Shown here: one piece after another, positions 26,325-37,499 of the stretch
How positions within the stretch are numbered: position 1 is the stretch's first letter
Layout of the letters: each line of letters begins with the position of its first letter
NCBI RefSeq assembly: GCF_001194135.2
Contig: NC_068982.1
Location: 97,004,688 to 97,064,896, forward strand
Source: Octopus bimaculoides
Taxonomy: Eukaryota
Reading direction: 5' to 3'
Length of the DNA: 60,209 bases
The notes under the pieces: generated by a model
Databases searched by the model: none
What the model was told of the DNA's origin: nothing
What the model saw: only the letters and a program-made list of their open reading frames with translations
Position numbers and translations under genes: made by a program

Positions 26325-27872
26325 CATCATCATCATCGTTTAACGTCTGCTTTCCATGCTAGCATGGGTTGGATGATTTGACTGAGGACTGGTGAACCAG
26401 ATGGCTACACCAGGCTCCAATCTGATTTGGCAGAGTTTCTGCAGCTGGATGCCCTTCCTAACGCCAACCACTCTGAGAGTGTAGTGGATGCTTTTACGTG
26501 ACACCGGCACGAATGTCAGTCAGGTGGTACTGGCAACGGCCACGCTCAAAATGGTGTATTTTACGTGCCACCTGCACAGGAGTCAGTCCAGCAGCACTGG
26601 CACCGACCTCACTCGAATGCCTTTTCATGTGCCACCAGTACAAGTGCCAGGAAAGCAACGTTGGTAATGATCACACTCAAATGGTGCTATTTACGTGCCA
26701 GTGGCAAGGAAGCCAGACAGCTGCTCTGGCAACGATCGTGCTCGGATGGTGTTCTTAGCACTCCACTGGTACAGGTGCCATCACAATTTCGCTTTCACTT
26801 GCCCCAACAGGTCTTCGCAAGCCGAGTTTAGTGTCCAATGAAGGAGACGTTGGCATGGGTGCCAGTCGTCGAATTTAGTTCGATTTTGATTTCACTTGCC
26901 TCAACAAGTCTTCACAAGCAGAGTTTAGTGTCCAGTGAAGGAAAGGTGGGCTGGCTAAGTGGGCTGGCTACACCCCTGGCAGAGGCCTTGGAATTTGGTC
27001 TCACTTGGCTTGCTGGGTCTTCTCACGCACAGCATATTTCCAAAGGTCTCGGTCAGAAGTNNNNNNNNNNNNNNNNNNNNNNNNNNNNNNNNNNNNNNNN
27101 NNNNNNNNNNNNNNNNNNNNNNNNNNNNNNNNNNNNNNNNNNNNNNNNNNNNNNNNNNNNNNNNNNNNNNNNNNNNNNNNNNNNNNNNNNNNNNNNNNNN
27201 NNNNNNNNNNNNNNNNNNNNNNNNNNNNNNNNNNNNNNNNNNNNNNNNNNNNNNNNNNNNNNNNNNNNNNNNNNNNNNNNNNNNNNNNNNNNNNNNNNNN
27301 NNNNNNNNNNNNNNNNNNNNNNNNNNNNNNNNNNNNNNNNNNNNNNNNNNNGAGGCTTCTTAGGTTCAACTTTTCTCTCAAGGTACTTACACTCTGTCGA
27401 GTATGTGCACTGACATTACACATCCATCGGAGCATACTGACTTCATTCCTTGCAAGCTTATGCATGTCCTCAGCAGTCACGGCCCATGTTTCACTGCCAT
27501 GTAGCATGGCTGTTCATACACGTGAGTCATACAGTCTGCCTTTTACTCTGAGTGAGAGGCCCTTTGTCACCAGCAGAGGTAAGAGCTCTCTTTACTTTGC
27601 CCAGGCTATTCTTATTCTAGCAGCTACACTTTCAGCGCACCCTCCCCCACTACTAACTTGGTCACCTAGAAAGCGGAAGCTATCAACTATGTCTAGTTTT
27701 TCTTCTTGGAATGTGGCAGAAGTCGTTTTCTGCACATTTTCAGTGATTATTGCTCCTGAACATCTGCCACATACAAAAACTAACTTCCTAGTTAACCTTC
27801 ATTTGATATTGCTGCACCTCTTATGTGTCCATAGCTTGCACTGTGTACATCTTATAGAGTTTCTACCTACGC
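26325..27872 (-). mobile_element. 5'-truncated RTE LINE (gap inside)
   Basis: MLHGSETWAVTAEDMHKLARNEVSMLRWMCNVS, SDRDLWKYAVREKT, 3' UTR repeats and a (gat)n tail. Same family as 9735 and 18585. Confidence 0.85.
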
Positions 27873-27994
27873 CAACTTATTTTTATAGAAATTTTATGAG
27901 TACATTTCTGTAAATCTTTTTCTTGTGCACCAACACTCCCCCTCCACACCTGCACACGGATACACATGGATGAAGTTCCATTTTGGAAGTTTTA

Positions 27995-28365
27995 TTCTTT
28001 TACTTGTTTCAGTCATTTGACTGCAGCCCCAAATCGACTTATTCTTTGTAAGCCTAGTATTTATTGTATAGCTCACTTTTGGCGAACAGTTAAGTTATGG
28101 AGACATAAACACACTAACATCAGTTGTCTAGCGATGGCGAGTGGGGGGGGGGGCAAGCACACAAATACATACACACCCTCACACATATATATATACAGAT
28201 GAAGGGCTTCGATCAGTTTCCGTCTACCAAATCCCTTCATAAGGCTTTGATTGGTCTGAGGCTATAGTGGAAGACACTTGTCCAAGATGCCACATAGTGG
28301 TACTGAACCCAGAACCATGTAGTTGGGAAGCGAGCTTCTTACCACACAGCCACTCCTGCGCCTAT
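27995..28365 (-). mobile_element. SINE family A
   Basis: Reverse complement of the family A head and tail; interrupts the right arm of the inverted repeat. Confidence 0.8.
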
Positions 28366-28519
28366 TATGTTTAAAGTTTTATGTTAAAGTTTTTATTATT
28401 TTGGAATGAACACAGAGGTACTAAGCCAGTGACTAAACTTGTAGTATTTTGCTGGGATTAATCCAATGAATTGACAGCAAGGTAATTGCTTCTATTTTGA
28501 AAACGTGTTTTTTTTTTGC

Positions 28520-29500
28520 ATATTCGGAAACTGTCATCGAAAACATAGGAACCCGGTAAAAAAAAAAAAAAAAAGTCGGAAAGGTCGGTTTCGGGGTCGG
28601 GGTGGGGAGGGACTGTGCGCCAGGTCAGCCTGAAAAACATCAATAAGTCAGGGACAAACAAACAAGATATCAGGTGGTCATGAGATGTGCTAAAAATAAT
28701 AGCTAAATTGCCCCTAAATCACAAAAATATTTTTTCGTTATTTTTTTCTTTCTTGCATAATCGTATGAATTCCCGTGTATAGAATAATAATTCACAAAAA
28801 TTTTCTGAAAATTCCAAAAAACTATAAAAAAAATACGAGGAGTTATAATGGGAGCTTAAAGTAGAATTCCGAAATTTGGAGTGTGCTATTGTGATATACT
28901 CGGAAAAGGAAAAAAAAAGCGGGTTTATCTTGGCTGAGTACCTCTGGACATACGCTGCAGAATCAATAGTCACGAAGTTAACAACAGCAACTAAAGTCTG
29001 AATACACGCACGTACACATACAGGACGAAGAGGCGATTTCATCGTTCGACCAGTTGAACCAAAACCAAAATCTCCCTAAAAAAATAGGAAAAAAAAAAAA
29101 AAAAAAGAGCCAAACTTGCTTCTGTCTTGAAAAAAGAAGGGACACATTGGATAACATAATCCTAGATGTGCAATGCTCGAAGAGAGATTGTAAGCTTTGT
29201 ACAGTCTGGGACGTAAACATTAACAGATACTAGGGTAGGAAAATGAGTTTTACTTACGACAGATAATGCGAATATCGTCAGCACTGAAAATAACTGGCAG
29301 TGGTCCTTGTTTATAAAGAGTACCCTATCACGTGAGCATCAGCTTGTTGAAGGCTGTATACCACATGCCTTCCGAATCCCAGTCTTTGAACTTACGGTTC
29401 ACGTTACCTTTACGTGTGGATTTTATTTACATAACATTAGATGCACGCGTGATACGAGGATACTACATTGTATGTGGGAGTGGCGCAGAGTAACTGACGA
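28520..29500 (-). promoter_or_regulatory. CpG-retaining promoter-like/5' UTR region
   Basis: Non-repeat sequence with retained CpGs (including a CACGTG near 29329) at the edge of the CpG-depleted domain, overlapping the candidate 5' exons. Confidence 0.35.
28942..29042 (-). CDS. Candidate first coding exon (exon 28942-29075) with a signal-peptide-like N-terminus
   Basis: Strong poly-T acceptor ttttcctatttttttag at 29076, ATG at 29042 giving MKSPLRPVCVRACIQTLVAVVNFVTIDSAAYVQR, donor GAG|GTACTC at 28941, and an upstream consensus donor GTAAGT at 29257 (182 nt intron). Confidence 0.4.
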
Positions 29501-29799
29501 TAATGTTGTCTCTTATCTTGATCAGTATGACATGTTAACCGGTGATTGTACGTATGCACATACACATACGTACACACGATATTTCCATTTACATACAGAC
29601 GCACCCACGCACGCGCACACACTTATGCGTCCGCGCTCACATATATACACACGTCCGTGCGCTCACGCACGCACGCATACACACGCACACATTAAGTGAA
29701 TATTTTGACATAGTTCAAGAGCTCGTTCCTTCAGCATATGAGTTCCACTATATTATTCGCAGCTATGATTAAGAATATCATTGAGATCGGTTGTATTCC

Positions 29800-29985
29800 A
29801 TTCTTCCCTATACATACATACATATTCAGATTACAAGTTCAGGCTTATACCTGTAATTATTGGGACCCTGGGATATGTAACACACTGCCTAAATACCAAT
29901 CTTGAGAAATTAGGTTTCTCAAGACCAGAAAGGAGAAAGCTAATGCAAAGACTACAGATCCAATCCATCACTGGAACTAAAAAAT
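29800..29985 (+). mobile_element. C-terminal restriction-like-endonuclease remnant of an R2/R4/NeSL-type LINE
   Basis: YKFRLIPVIIGTLGYVTHCLNTNLEKLG...LQIQSITGT resembles the IPVIIGALG...LQK.A..GT C-terminus of RLE LINEs. Confidence 0.6.
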
Positions 29986-29989
29986 ATAT

Positions 29990-30945
29990 TCAAGCTAACA
30001 AGCTTTATCATGACAACAGAGGCTAAACTGAGTATTGTTGTTACCACCTTTTGTGATCTACTGTCCTTGGTCAAAGTGGAGCCTAGGTACTTGAAGGTGT
30101 CCACTTCAAGTCTCTCTCCGTTTTGCATGGTGTTGGTTGCTACTATTAACCAGGATCATACTATTTTGTGGGCTGATCTTCATCTCGTATGCTCCTGATA
30201 CTTTTTTTCAGTTTGTTGGTGAATTCCAAAAGTCCTACTTCACTACTTCCTAAAAAGTCAATATCATCAGTAAAACGCATGCTGGAAATGGGCAGTCCTC
30301 TAATGGAAAGAGCAGGGTGGATATCTTGAAGTGTCTCCTACATGATGTTCTCCAGGAAAATATTGAAAAGTACTGGAGAGAGGAGACATCCTTGTCGAAT
30401 ACCCACTGCTGTCTTGAAGAATTCTCTGATGTTGTTGTTCAGGAGAACTGCACTGCTTGAATTTTCATACGGTGTTTGGATTACTTCGATGAGGTTGTTA
30501 TTGAAGTTGTAATTCTTCATCACCTGTCACAACCCATCGTGCCAAACATGGTCAAAGGCCTTTTTGAAGTCGATGAAGTTGTGATAGAAGGTTGTAGATG
30601 TTTCTCAGTAAGCAGTCTAATGTTAAATATCTGCTCCACAGTAATCCTTTGGGGCTTAAATCCAGCTTAATTCTTCTGCCTTCCCCTTAAGTTTGTGTAG
30701 CAGAACTCTTTGCAGTACTTTGTTGGGGTGGCTAATTAAGCTGATTGCTCTATAATTCTGGCAGAATCTTAAGTTGCCTTGCTTGAGAATGGATATCTTC
30801 AGTGATTGGGTCCACTCCTTTGGCTACTGCTTCATCTTCCATATCTTCTAACAGGTAACTGTTAGTGCTTTGATAACTTTGGCCCTCCATGTTTTAGGGG
30901 ATCTGATGGGATGTTATCCACTCCTGGGGATTTCCCATCTTTGAG
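29990..30945 (-). mobile_element. RTE-clade LINE RT fragment (second family)
   Basis: FFKTAVGIRQGCLLSPVLFNIFLENIM, FTDDID, DFKKAFDHVW-like and FKYLGS-like motifs. Confidence 0.8.
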
Positions 30946-31922
30946 CATGCGCACAAAAATCAAATAAGCACTTTGGACGATTATTTTGAAACTTCACTTT
31001 AGCATTATTACAAATTAGTGCTCACCTAGAATATTCTGAAGCACCTCCAGTCACCAAAGTCTGGCGACGGGCCTCACACACGCACGCATACACACCTTAT
31101 TTGCTGGTGTAGAAGACGCACTCCTACTTTACGTGTTTATTTTATGAAAACAAAAATTGGTACGTTTTCATCGTACATTTATTGAAAGATATTTTAAGGT
31201 GGTTTTATAAGGAAAACTTATGATTCTGGGTTAACAGTTTTGTGACAATATAATGGGATAAAATATGAAATATTTTAATTGGTTTCATATTTTATTCCAC
31301 GTTACATATAATTTATCACATATAAACAGCGTTATGGGACTAGCTTATTTAATTTTTATCTTCTTTCAGATCAGCTGCATCGCTGTTTATATGTTGGTCC
31401 AGAGAATTACCATACAAAATCTAAAAAATGTATTTTTCGCTGTTGATGTTTGTGTAACCGTAATCGGTCTCCAAGGAGGTGCACTATCACTATGGTTTGT
31501 TGCCGTGCACTCGATGCAGATATCTGACAGATGGATGGAAATTTAGCTTTCCTTTCGTCTTTCCAAGAAGTTTTCATTTAGATTAGACAATTAAAAAAAA
31601 TATCTTTTAAAGGTGAGAGAGTCATTAGGAAAATGTAAGATTTATATCAGTGAGGAAGGGGGTATAAATAGATGGAGCGGCTCTCACCTAAGTGCAGACG
31701 TACCGTAAGCAATATTTTTCGTACGTTTGTGTTTAGAGTACGAGACAATTTGACTTGTTTTCAATATCTACTATTATACACTTGTTTTTCTCCGTCACAA
31801 CATATGAATGAGAAAGGAAGGGGTGATAGCTGAATAAGGAAGGGATGATGGCAAATTGATAGTGGGAGCGTTTCAACTCTGTGTGAGTATATGTATGTAT
31901 ATGTAAAAGGGAGATATGTGAA

Positions 31923-31954
<32 letters not shown>

Positions 31955-32584
31955 CAACGGAAGTGGGACGGTAAACATTCAACGCCGAAAAGAAAAACGG
32001 CGTTTCAGCCCTGTGTGAGTCTATGTGTGTACGTGTACAAGGGAAGTATGTGAATGTTTGTATGTGTGAACTAGCGTTCTTTCAGTAACAAGCGCTGATC
32101 GATGTCTCATCTAAAAAGACAACCACTAGATAACATTGACAAGTGTATTAATTTGATTTACCATCAATATCTACTATAATAATACTCTTGTATTTTCCTC
32201 CGTCACAACATATGAATGAGAAAGGAAGGGGCGATGGCAAACTGGTAGTGGGAGCGTTTCAACTGTGTGAGTATATGTGTGTGTATGTAAAAGCTATGTG
32301 AATGTTTATGTGTGTGTGTGCGTGTGTGTGTGTGTGTAATGGAAGTGGGATGGTGAACATTCAACGCTGAAAAGAAAAATCAAACAGCGTTTCAGCCCTG
32401 TGTGACTATATGTGTGTCTGTGTGTGCGTGTAGAAGGAAAGTATGTGAATACATAATTGAACCAGCGTTCTTTCAGTAACAAACGACGATCAATGTCACA
32501 TGTCAAAAGACAACCATTAGATAATATTGACAAGTGTATTAATTTGATTCACCATCTGTATTTATATATAAAATACTACAATTA

Positions 32585-32797
32585 GCCGTCATTTTGGCAC
32601 AAGGCCAGCAATTTCGAGGGAAGAGGTTCAGTCAATTACATCGATTCGTGCTCAACTGGTACTTTCTTCGTCGACCCCGAAAGAGATGAAAGGTAAAGTG
32701 GACCTCGGTGGAATTTGAACTTAAAACATAAGAACAGACTAAATACCGCTAAGCATTTTACCCGACGTGTGAACGATTCTGACAGCTCGCCGCCTTA
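32585..32797 (-). mobile_element. SINE family B inserted in the Helitron
   Basis: Reverse complement of aaggcggcgagctg...ttcaaattccaccgaggtc. Confidence 0.8.
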
Positions 32798-34186
32798 AAT
32801 TGTTTATATATTGAGATGTGTTTATTATTACAAGAGCAAAATCTTTGTTAAACATCTCCCAGTTACACAAACTGTTGTGAATGCGTAGTCATGTGGATGC
32901 TTTGTTACTGTCGTTGTGGGGTTTAGCTGACCTCATGTATATTAAATGAATCTACTCACGAACGTTTAACTTTTATATATTTATTGCTGGACATGATTTA
33001 CTGCGTTGGCTGTTTACAAAAGAAAGATGTCAATAGTATAACCACTGAATAGGTGGAGAGGACCTTGCTGCGTCTATAGAAGGCTAGCTAAGATCCTGTT
33101 ATCTCTTACTCGAGGTGGTTGTTCGAATGTCCGTGACCGACTGGTCTTAGTGGTCTGCCGAAGCCGTCCGGCTGAGTTAGGTGCCAAAACGGTTTTCATA
33201 GGGTGAAAAGGGGACGAGTTTTAGATAATCGAAGGAGCCATGTCACACCACAGCTTCACGCCGATTGGTCGATTTATAGATCAATCACATGAAACTGTGG
33301 TCGCTCACTTGCGATCCCTAACTGAATATCTTGGAGTTGGGGTTCGAATCCCTACAATATTATCCTGTAACTCGAGAAGATGACCCCTAGTACAAACAAT
33401 TATATGAAATGTTTTTAATATGGAGTTGAAATTGTTCTTGCAACGGACTTCAAATTAGTCATTGATGTAGAGAAGTAAACCCAAGGGCAGCGCCGTCGTC
33501 GATTCAATGAAGCAAACTGCAATAAGGTTGTCTTGACCGTGAGTGACTAAAAGCATTGAAAAAGTTTCAGGGCATCAACGTCAAAAAGATACATGATCAG
33601 CGACGCTTATCAGGCCGCTTATCTGTATACATAGAGAAGACGGATATCACATTGAAATTTCCCATACTCAGAGAACAAAAACTGTGTCATGTATAGATTT
33701 TTACTTAATGCCTCGTTATGACTACTACAGACACTTGCAACAATGTTACAATTTATTCCACAAGTATGGCGTTGATATGTATACTAAAGTTGAGACTGAA
33801 ATGTTATTAAACACTAAAACACCGAAAAAAGATTGCATGTGGACTCGTATGTTTATATAAGAGATAATATCAACAGAGATAGAGCCAAATGATCTAGTCA
33901 TCTGAGCTTGCTTCCAGTCAATTTCTCAGGAAGTCCAAGATACATGCTTGGATTTTTTGAGCAGGTCATGGTCTATGTCAGAACTTACGGAAGGACAGAT
34001 CACATCTTCATTTTCATCTGCAATTCTGTTCGGAAATAGGGGAGTGAATATTTCGGCTCATGAATCTATTAAGAACCGATAGAATTTGTTAGTCAGAGGT
34101 GCTTTTGACAAGCGCACACCAAAATGAAGCACCTTTTAACAAAATATGACATCTTCAGTACTACAAGGTGTGTTATGTACACTATA

Positions 34187-34911
34187 GGGCTTTCCTATAA
34201 GGTGTTATCCACCCCTGATTGGAACTCTCCCGTATGACATGTACGCATGCTCAGTGACTTGCTTTAACAGTTGCAATCAGCTGAATGCACATTGCCAGTG
34301 ACATTTGACATAATTACCCACACTCTGTGGTCAGGATTCTTTTTTTGGTTTGATGTCGGTATCGAAGGGATTACCAGACACCGGATAATACAGTGAGAGC
34401 AGCTTTCACTCACATCGTGGTATTCGATGCTGTGTACGTGTCTGTCGTGGTAAAATATGCCNNNNNNNNNNNNNNNNNNNNNNNNNNNNNNNNNNNNNNN
34501 NNNNNNNNNNNNNNNNNNNNNNNNNNNNNNNNNNNNNNNNNNNNNNNNNNNNNNNNNNNNNNNNNNNNNNNNNNNNNNNNNNNNNNNNNNNNNNNNNNNN
34601 NNNNNNNNNNNNNNNNNNACTTCAGACTTATCGTCCGATGAATTTACTTTGTTGACATATCGACAGAATTTTTATACCTTTCAACCTTTCAATCAAATCC
34701 GCCTTTCTTCCAGTAACATACTGTCCATATAATCTTAAATATTTCTTTAACTCAGGTACAGTAAGTACTTCGATAGCTGAATCATCAAGCTGCTTTATAT
34801 CCATGATAAGACGTAAAACAATAACAATGGCGTGGGTTAGCCTCCGGAAGTTTAATTATCTACATGGAGCGCCGCCTAGCCAAGGGAGATAACCTACTTA
34901 TAGGAAAGCCC
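34187..34911. mobile_element. Non-autonomous TIR element (MITE) inserted in the Helitron Rep
   Basis: TIRs gggctttcctataag / cttataggaaagccc, flanked by TATA on both sides. Removal restores atg tac act ata gag tgg cag (MYTIEWQ). Confidence 0.8.
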
Positions 34912-35764
34912 TATAGAGTGGCAGGAAAGTGGCCTTCTTTCATACATTTTCATTTAGATTAAGAAGACAAAGTTCAGTGCTGTCAAATAGGCTTAATTAT
35001 ATTGACAGAGCTTCCAGAATCAATATTACCGACCAAACTTTTTTTGACACGCCAAAAGATCAGTGGTACTAGGGTAATGTGGGCTCCTTAATCCGAAATT
35101 TACTCGCATGAAAAACAATAAATGCGTTAAAAGTATCCCAGAAAATTGATAAAAGAAATTAAATCTGGTGTATATCCACTTTATAGAAGAATAGACTAAA
35201 AGATCTGTCGCTAAGACAGAAATGATTTAATTGACGACGATGGTTCGTGGGATATTACCCGCTTTTTGCTCACATTAACGTTGAATTATGTTTCTCAGTC
35301 AAAGCAAAAGCAAACATACACGATATATATTTCTTTATTGCCCACAGGGGGCTAAACACAGAGGGGATATAGCGACTCAATTTTTGTTGGGAAGGCACAT
35401 TAGCCGCAATGAAGCATTCTAGCGTGTAGTTTTGGATTTCAAATTCTTGAACGGCACTTTTGTCATTGAAAGCAAAACTCAACATACCACAATTAACTGA
35501 ACTTCTATAACCACTAAAAATACTGCAGCTAGCCATCCTCTACAACAAAGTCCAAACCATTTCCTAATGTCCACCTTGAAAATGCTTAAAGAGTTTACTT
35601 TCCTGAAGAGAATCAACAGATACTGGCTCCAAAAAGTATAACTCCGACTACTTCCTTTAATCTTTGTCAGGAAGATTACTTTGCACGTATACTATTTCAT
35701 TCTGAAGTTATATATTTTCTGCATATGAATTAAAAGAAAATAAAGTATATATTAAGCAAAGTAG

Positions 35765-36467
35765 CTAATTATAGAAAATCTCTATAAGAGATGAAAGTAG
35801 TAACTATACTTCGAAGTAATGTTTGTCGCCACTTCAACATGGCTGTTCGGTAGGAACCGACGTTACTACCGTTTTTAACCCCCAGAAAGACGTCTCCTCC
35901 TGCTGATTATCGATGCAACCTGCACCCGATATATATTGCAGGCAGGAGAGGGAAAGCCTACCATCTTCTAGCGACGACGGGACCACCATCGATGACCAGC
36001 TGGAGGAGGCGTCTCCTGGAGCTAATAGCAGTAGTAACGTCGGTTCCTACGGAATAGCCACGTTAAAGTAGTGATGAACATTACTTCTCAGTATAGTTAC
36101 TATAGTTACTACTTTCACCTCTTATAGAAATTTTCTGACTAGCTACTTTACTTGTTGCAAGATCAGTGACTGGCCGTCTCTTATTTTTCTATATATTGCG
36201 AGCTGGAGCGTACTATTACTATCTCTAGCGGATGGGTGTCCACCACTGAGGATGAACTCAAATAGCTCGAAACCGGACTATCTTGTAGTCCCGTCGTCGC
36301 TAGAAGACAGTAGGGGTTTGCTCCTTTGCTAGCAATATATACCGGGTGCAGAATGCAGCGATAACGAGCTGGAAGAGATGTCTTCCTGGGATTAAAAACG
36401 GTAGTTACATCGGTTCCTGCGGATCAGCCACATTGAAGTTGTGATGAACATTACTTCGAAGTGTATA
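35765..36467. mobile_element. Fold-back element 4 (inverted arm + partial unit + full unit) with a degenerate hammerhead
   Basis: 35765-35985 is inverted relative to both 35995-36135 and 36290-36467. Direct-repeat period is about 369 bp (agctgg at 35998 and 36367). Confidence 0.65.
36240..36278 (+). ncRNA. Degenerate hammerhead-like motif
   Basis: ccacca-CUGAGGA-U-GAAC(ucaaaua)GCUC-GAAAC-CG-GAC. It has GAC instead of GUC, and the 3' strand of stem I is lost. Confidence 0.4.
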
Positions 36468-36758
36468 TTTGTAGTGGATCTTGCATGCATGAAGTGGATT
36501 CGATCCACTATAGCCAAATTTAAATCAACACTGCAACATAACTTTTCCCAATAGTTTTTCTCTGACAGCAGTTTAATATTTTCCAGATGCCTTTAGCTAG
36601 GCCGAAACAATGTCTTCCCCACTTGACCCTTCCTAACCTCTTCTACTCCACGAAAATCTAGAATAGAGATAACAGGACCACCAGCTGAATCCATTGTTCT
36701 CAATAATATATCTATCCTTCTGGATTGTTATAAAAGCAAGGAAATCCCAAGCAAAATT

Positions 36759-36975
36759 TAGTTTAGTCACCAGTCGGTGACGACTCAACTAGTTTAGTCA
36801 CCAGTCGGTGACAACTCAACCAGTTTAGTTACCAGTCGGTGACGACTCAACTAGTTTAGTCACCAGTTGGTGACGACTCAAGCAGTTCAGTCACCAGTCG
36901 GTGACGACTCAAGCAGTTCAGTCACCAGTCGGTGACGACTCAAGCAGTTCAGTCACCAGTCGGTGACGACTCAAT
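36759..36975. repeat. 31 bp minisatellite x7 with an internal hairpin
   Basis: Unit tagtttagtcaccagtcggtgacgactcaac; each unit contains GTCACC-agtc-GGTGAC. Confidence 0.95.
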
Positions 36976-37306
36976 GAGAACAAAGTCTGGCTGACCAGCT
37001 AGAACCTTGGCCAGAAGAAAAAATGAAGTTTACTGCTAGCAACTGTGAAACAACGCCCCACACTCTATAACTTTTACTAGCCCATTTCTTTTCTCAGTAA
37101 CATTACCATATCTCTCTGTCTATTTACTACTACAAGATCGTGTACACACATATACAGGCCGAAATTAACTTTCTTTGCCTTGCATGCTTTACGAACTGTG
37201 TTATACTATTACACTAACCTACCCGTCGTGGTATGGCATTTATTAAAGTAACGGTAAATAAATATTTCTTTACAACTTCGATCATTGTTCTTCGTTCATC
37301 TTATAA

Positions 37307-37499
37307 CCGTTACAATTGGTAACTACACAAAATTAGCATCGCTACAACCAAAAACATTATCGTACAATTGGTGAACCCGAACAAGAGAATTACTGCAATA
37401 GCAACCAATCTCTACCGTTACAATTGGTGACCCGCGACTACAACCTAACACCTATCGTTGCAATTGGTAACCCTCCGACACTAACAAATTGCCGTTACA
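37307..37499 (+). repeat. Array of 4-5 LTR-end/PBS-like motifs (cgttacaattggtrac) with variable spacers
   Basis: Motifs at 37307, 37360, 37415, 37455 and a partial one at 37492; spacing 37-55 bp. Confidence 0.6.

Larger units (their letters stand above)
25860..28495. mobile_element. Old long-inverted-repeat element with nested RTE and SINE insertions
   Basis: 25860-26080 is the reverse complement of 28370-28495 plus 27900-27990; the right arm is split by a SINE. Confidence 0.6.
31767..35275 (+). mobile_element. Fossil Helitron with RepHel remnants
   Basis: Colinear degenerate Rep motifs: GQRRRRFN (~33485), EDGYHIEI (~33640), LFHKYGVDMYTKVETE (~33755), SGSPRYM...YVRTYGR (~33925), MYTI|EWQ (34175/34916), CGLLNP, MKNNKC and YPLYRR (~35080-35190). 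A|TC starts at 31767, 32170 and 32555. Confidence 0.85.

Noticed and set aside
29307-29699. 130 aa plus-strand ORF
   Set aside because: The C-terminal half is an (AC)-rich repeat, there is no recognisable homology, and the minus-strand splice signals are more coherent.
36600-36620. GAAAC-AAT-GTC stem III-like motif
   Set aside because: No upstream CUGANGA and no stem I partner.
36759-36975. CRISPR-like hairpin repeats
   Set aside because: The units are contiguous with no unique spacers, there are no cas genes, and the context is eukaryotic.
37307-37499. CRISPR array interpretation of the repeat-spacer pattern
   Set aside because: The repeats are only about 17 nt and degenerate, the spacers are uneven and partly related (ctacaacc), and an LTR-end/PBS reading fits better.
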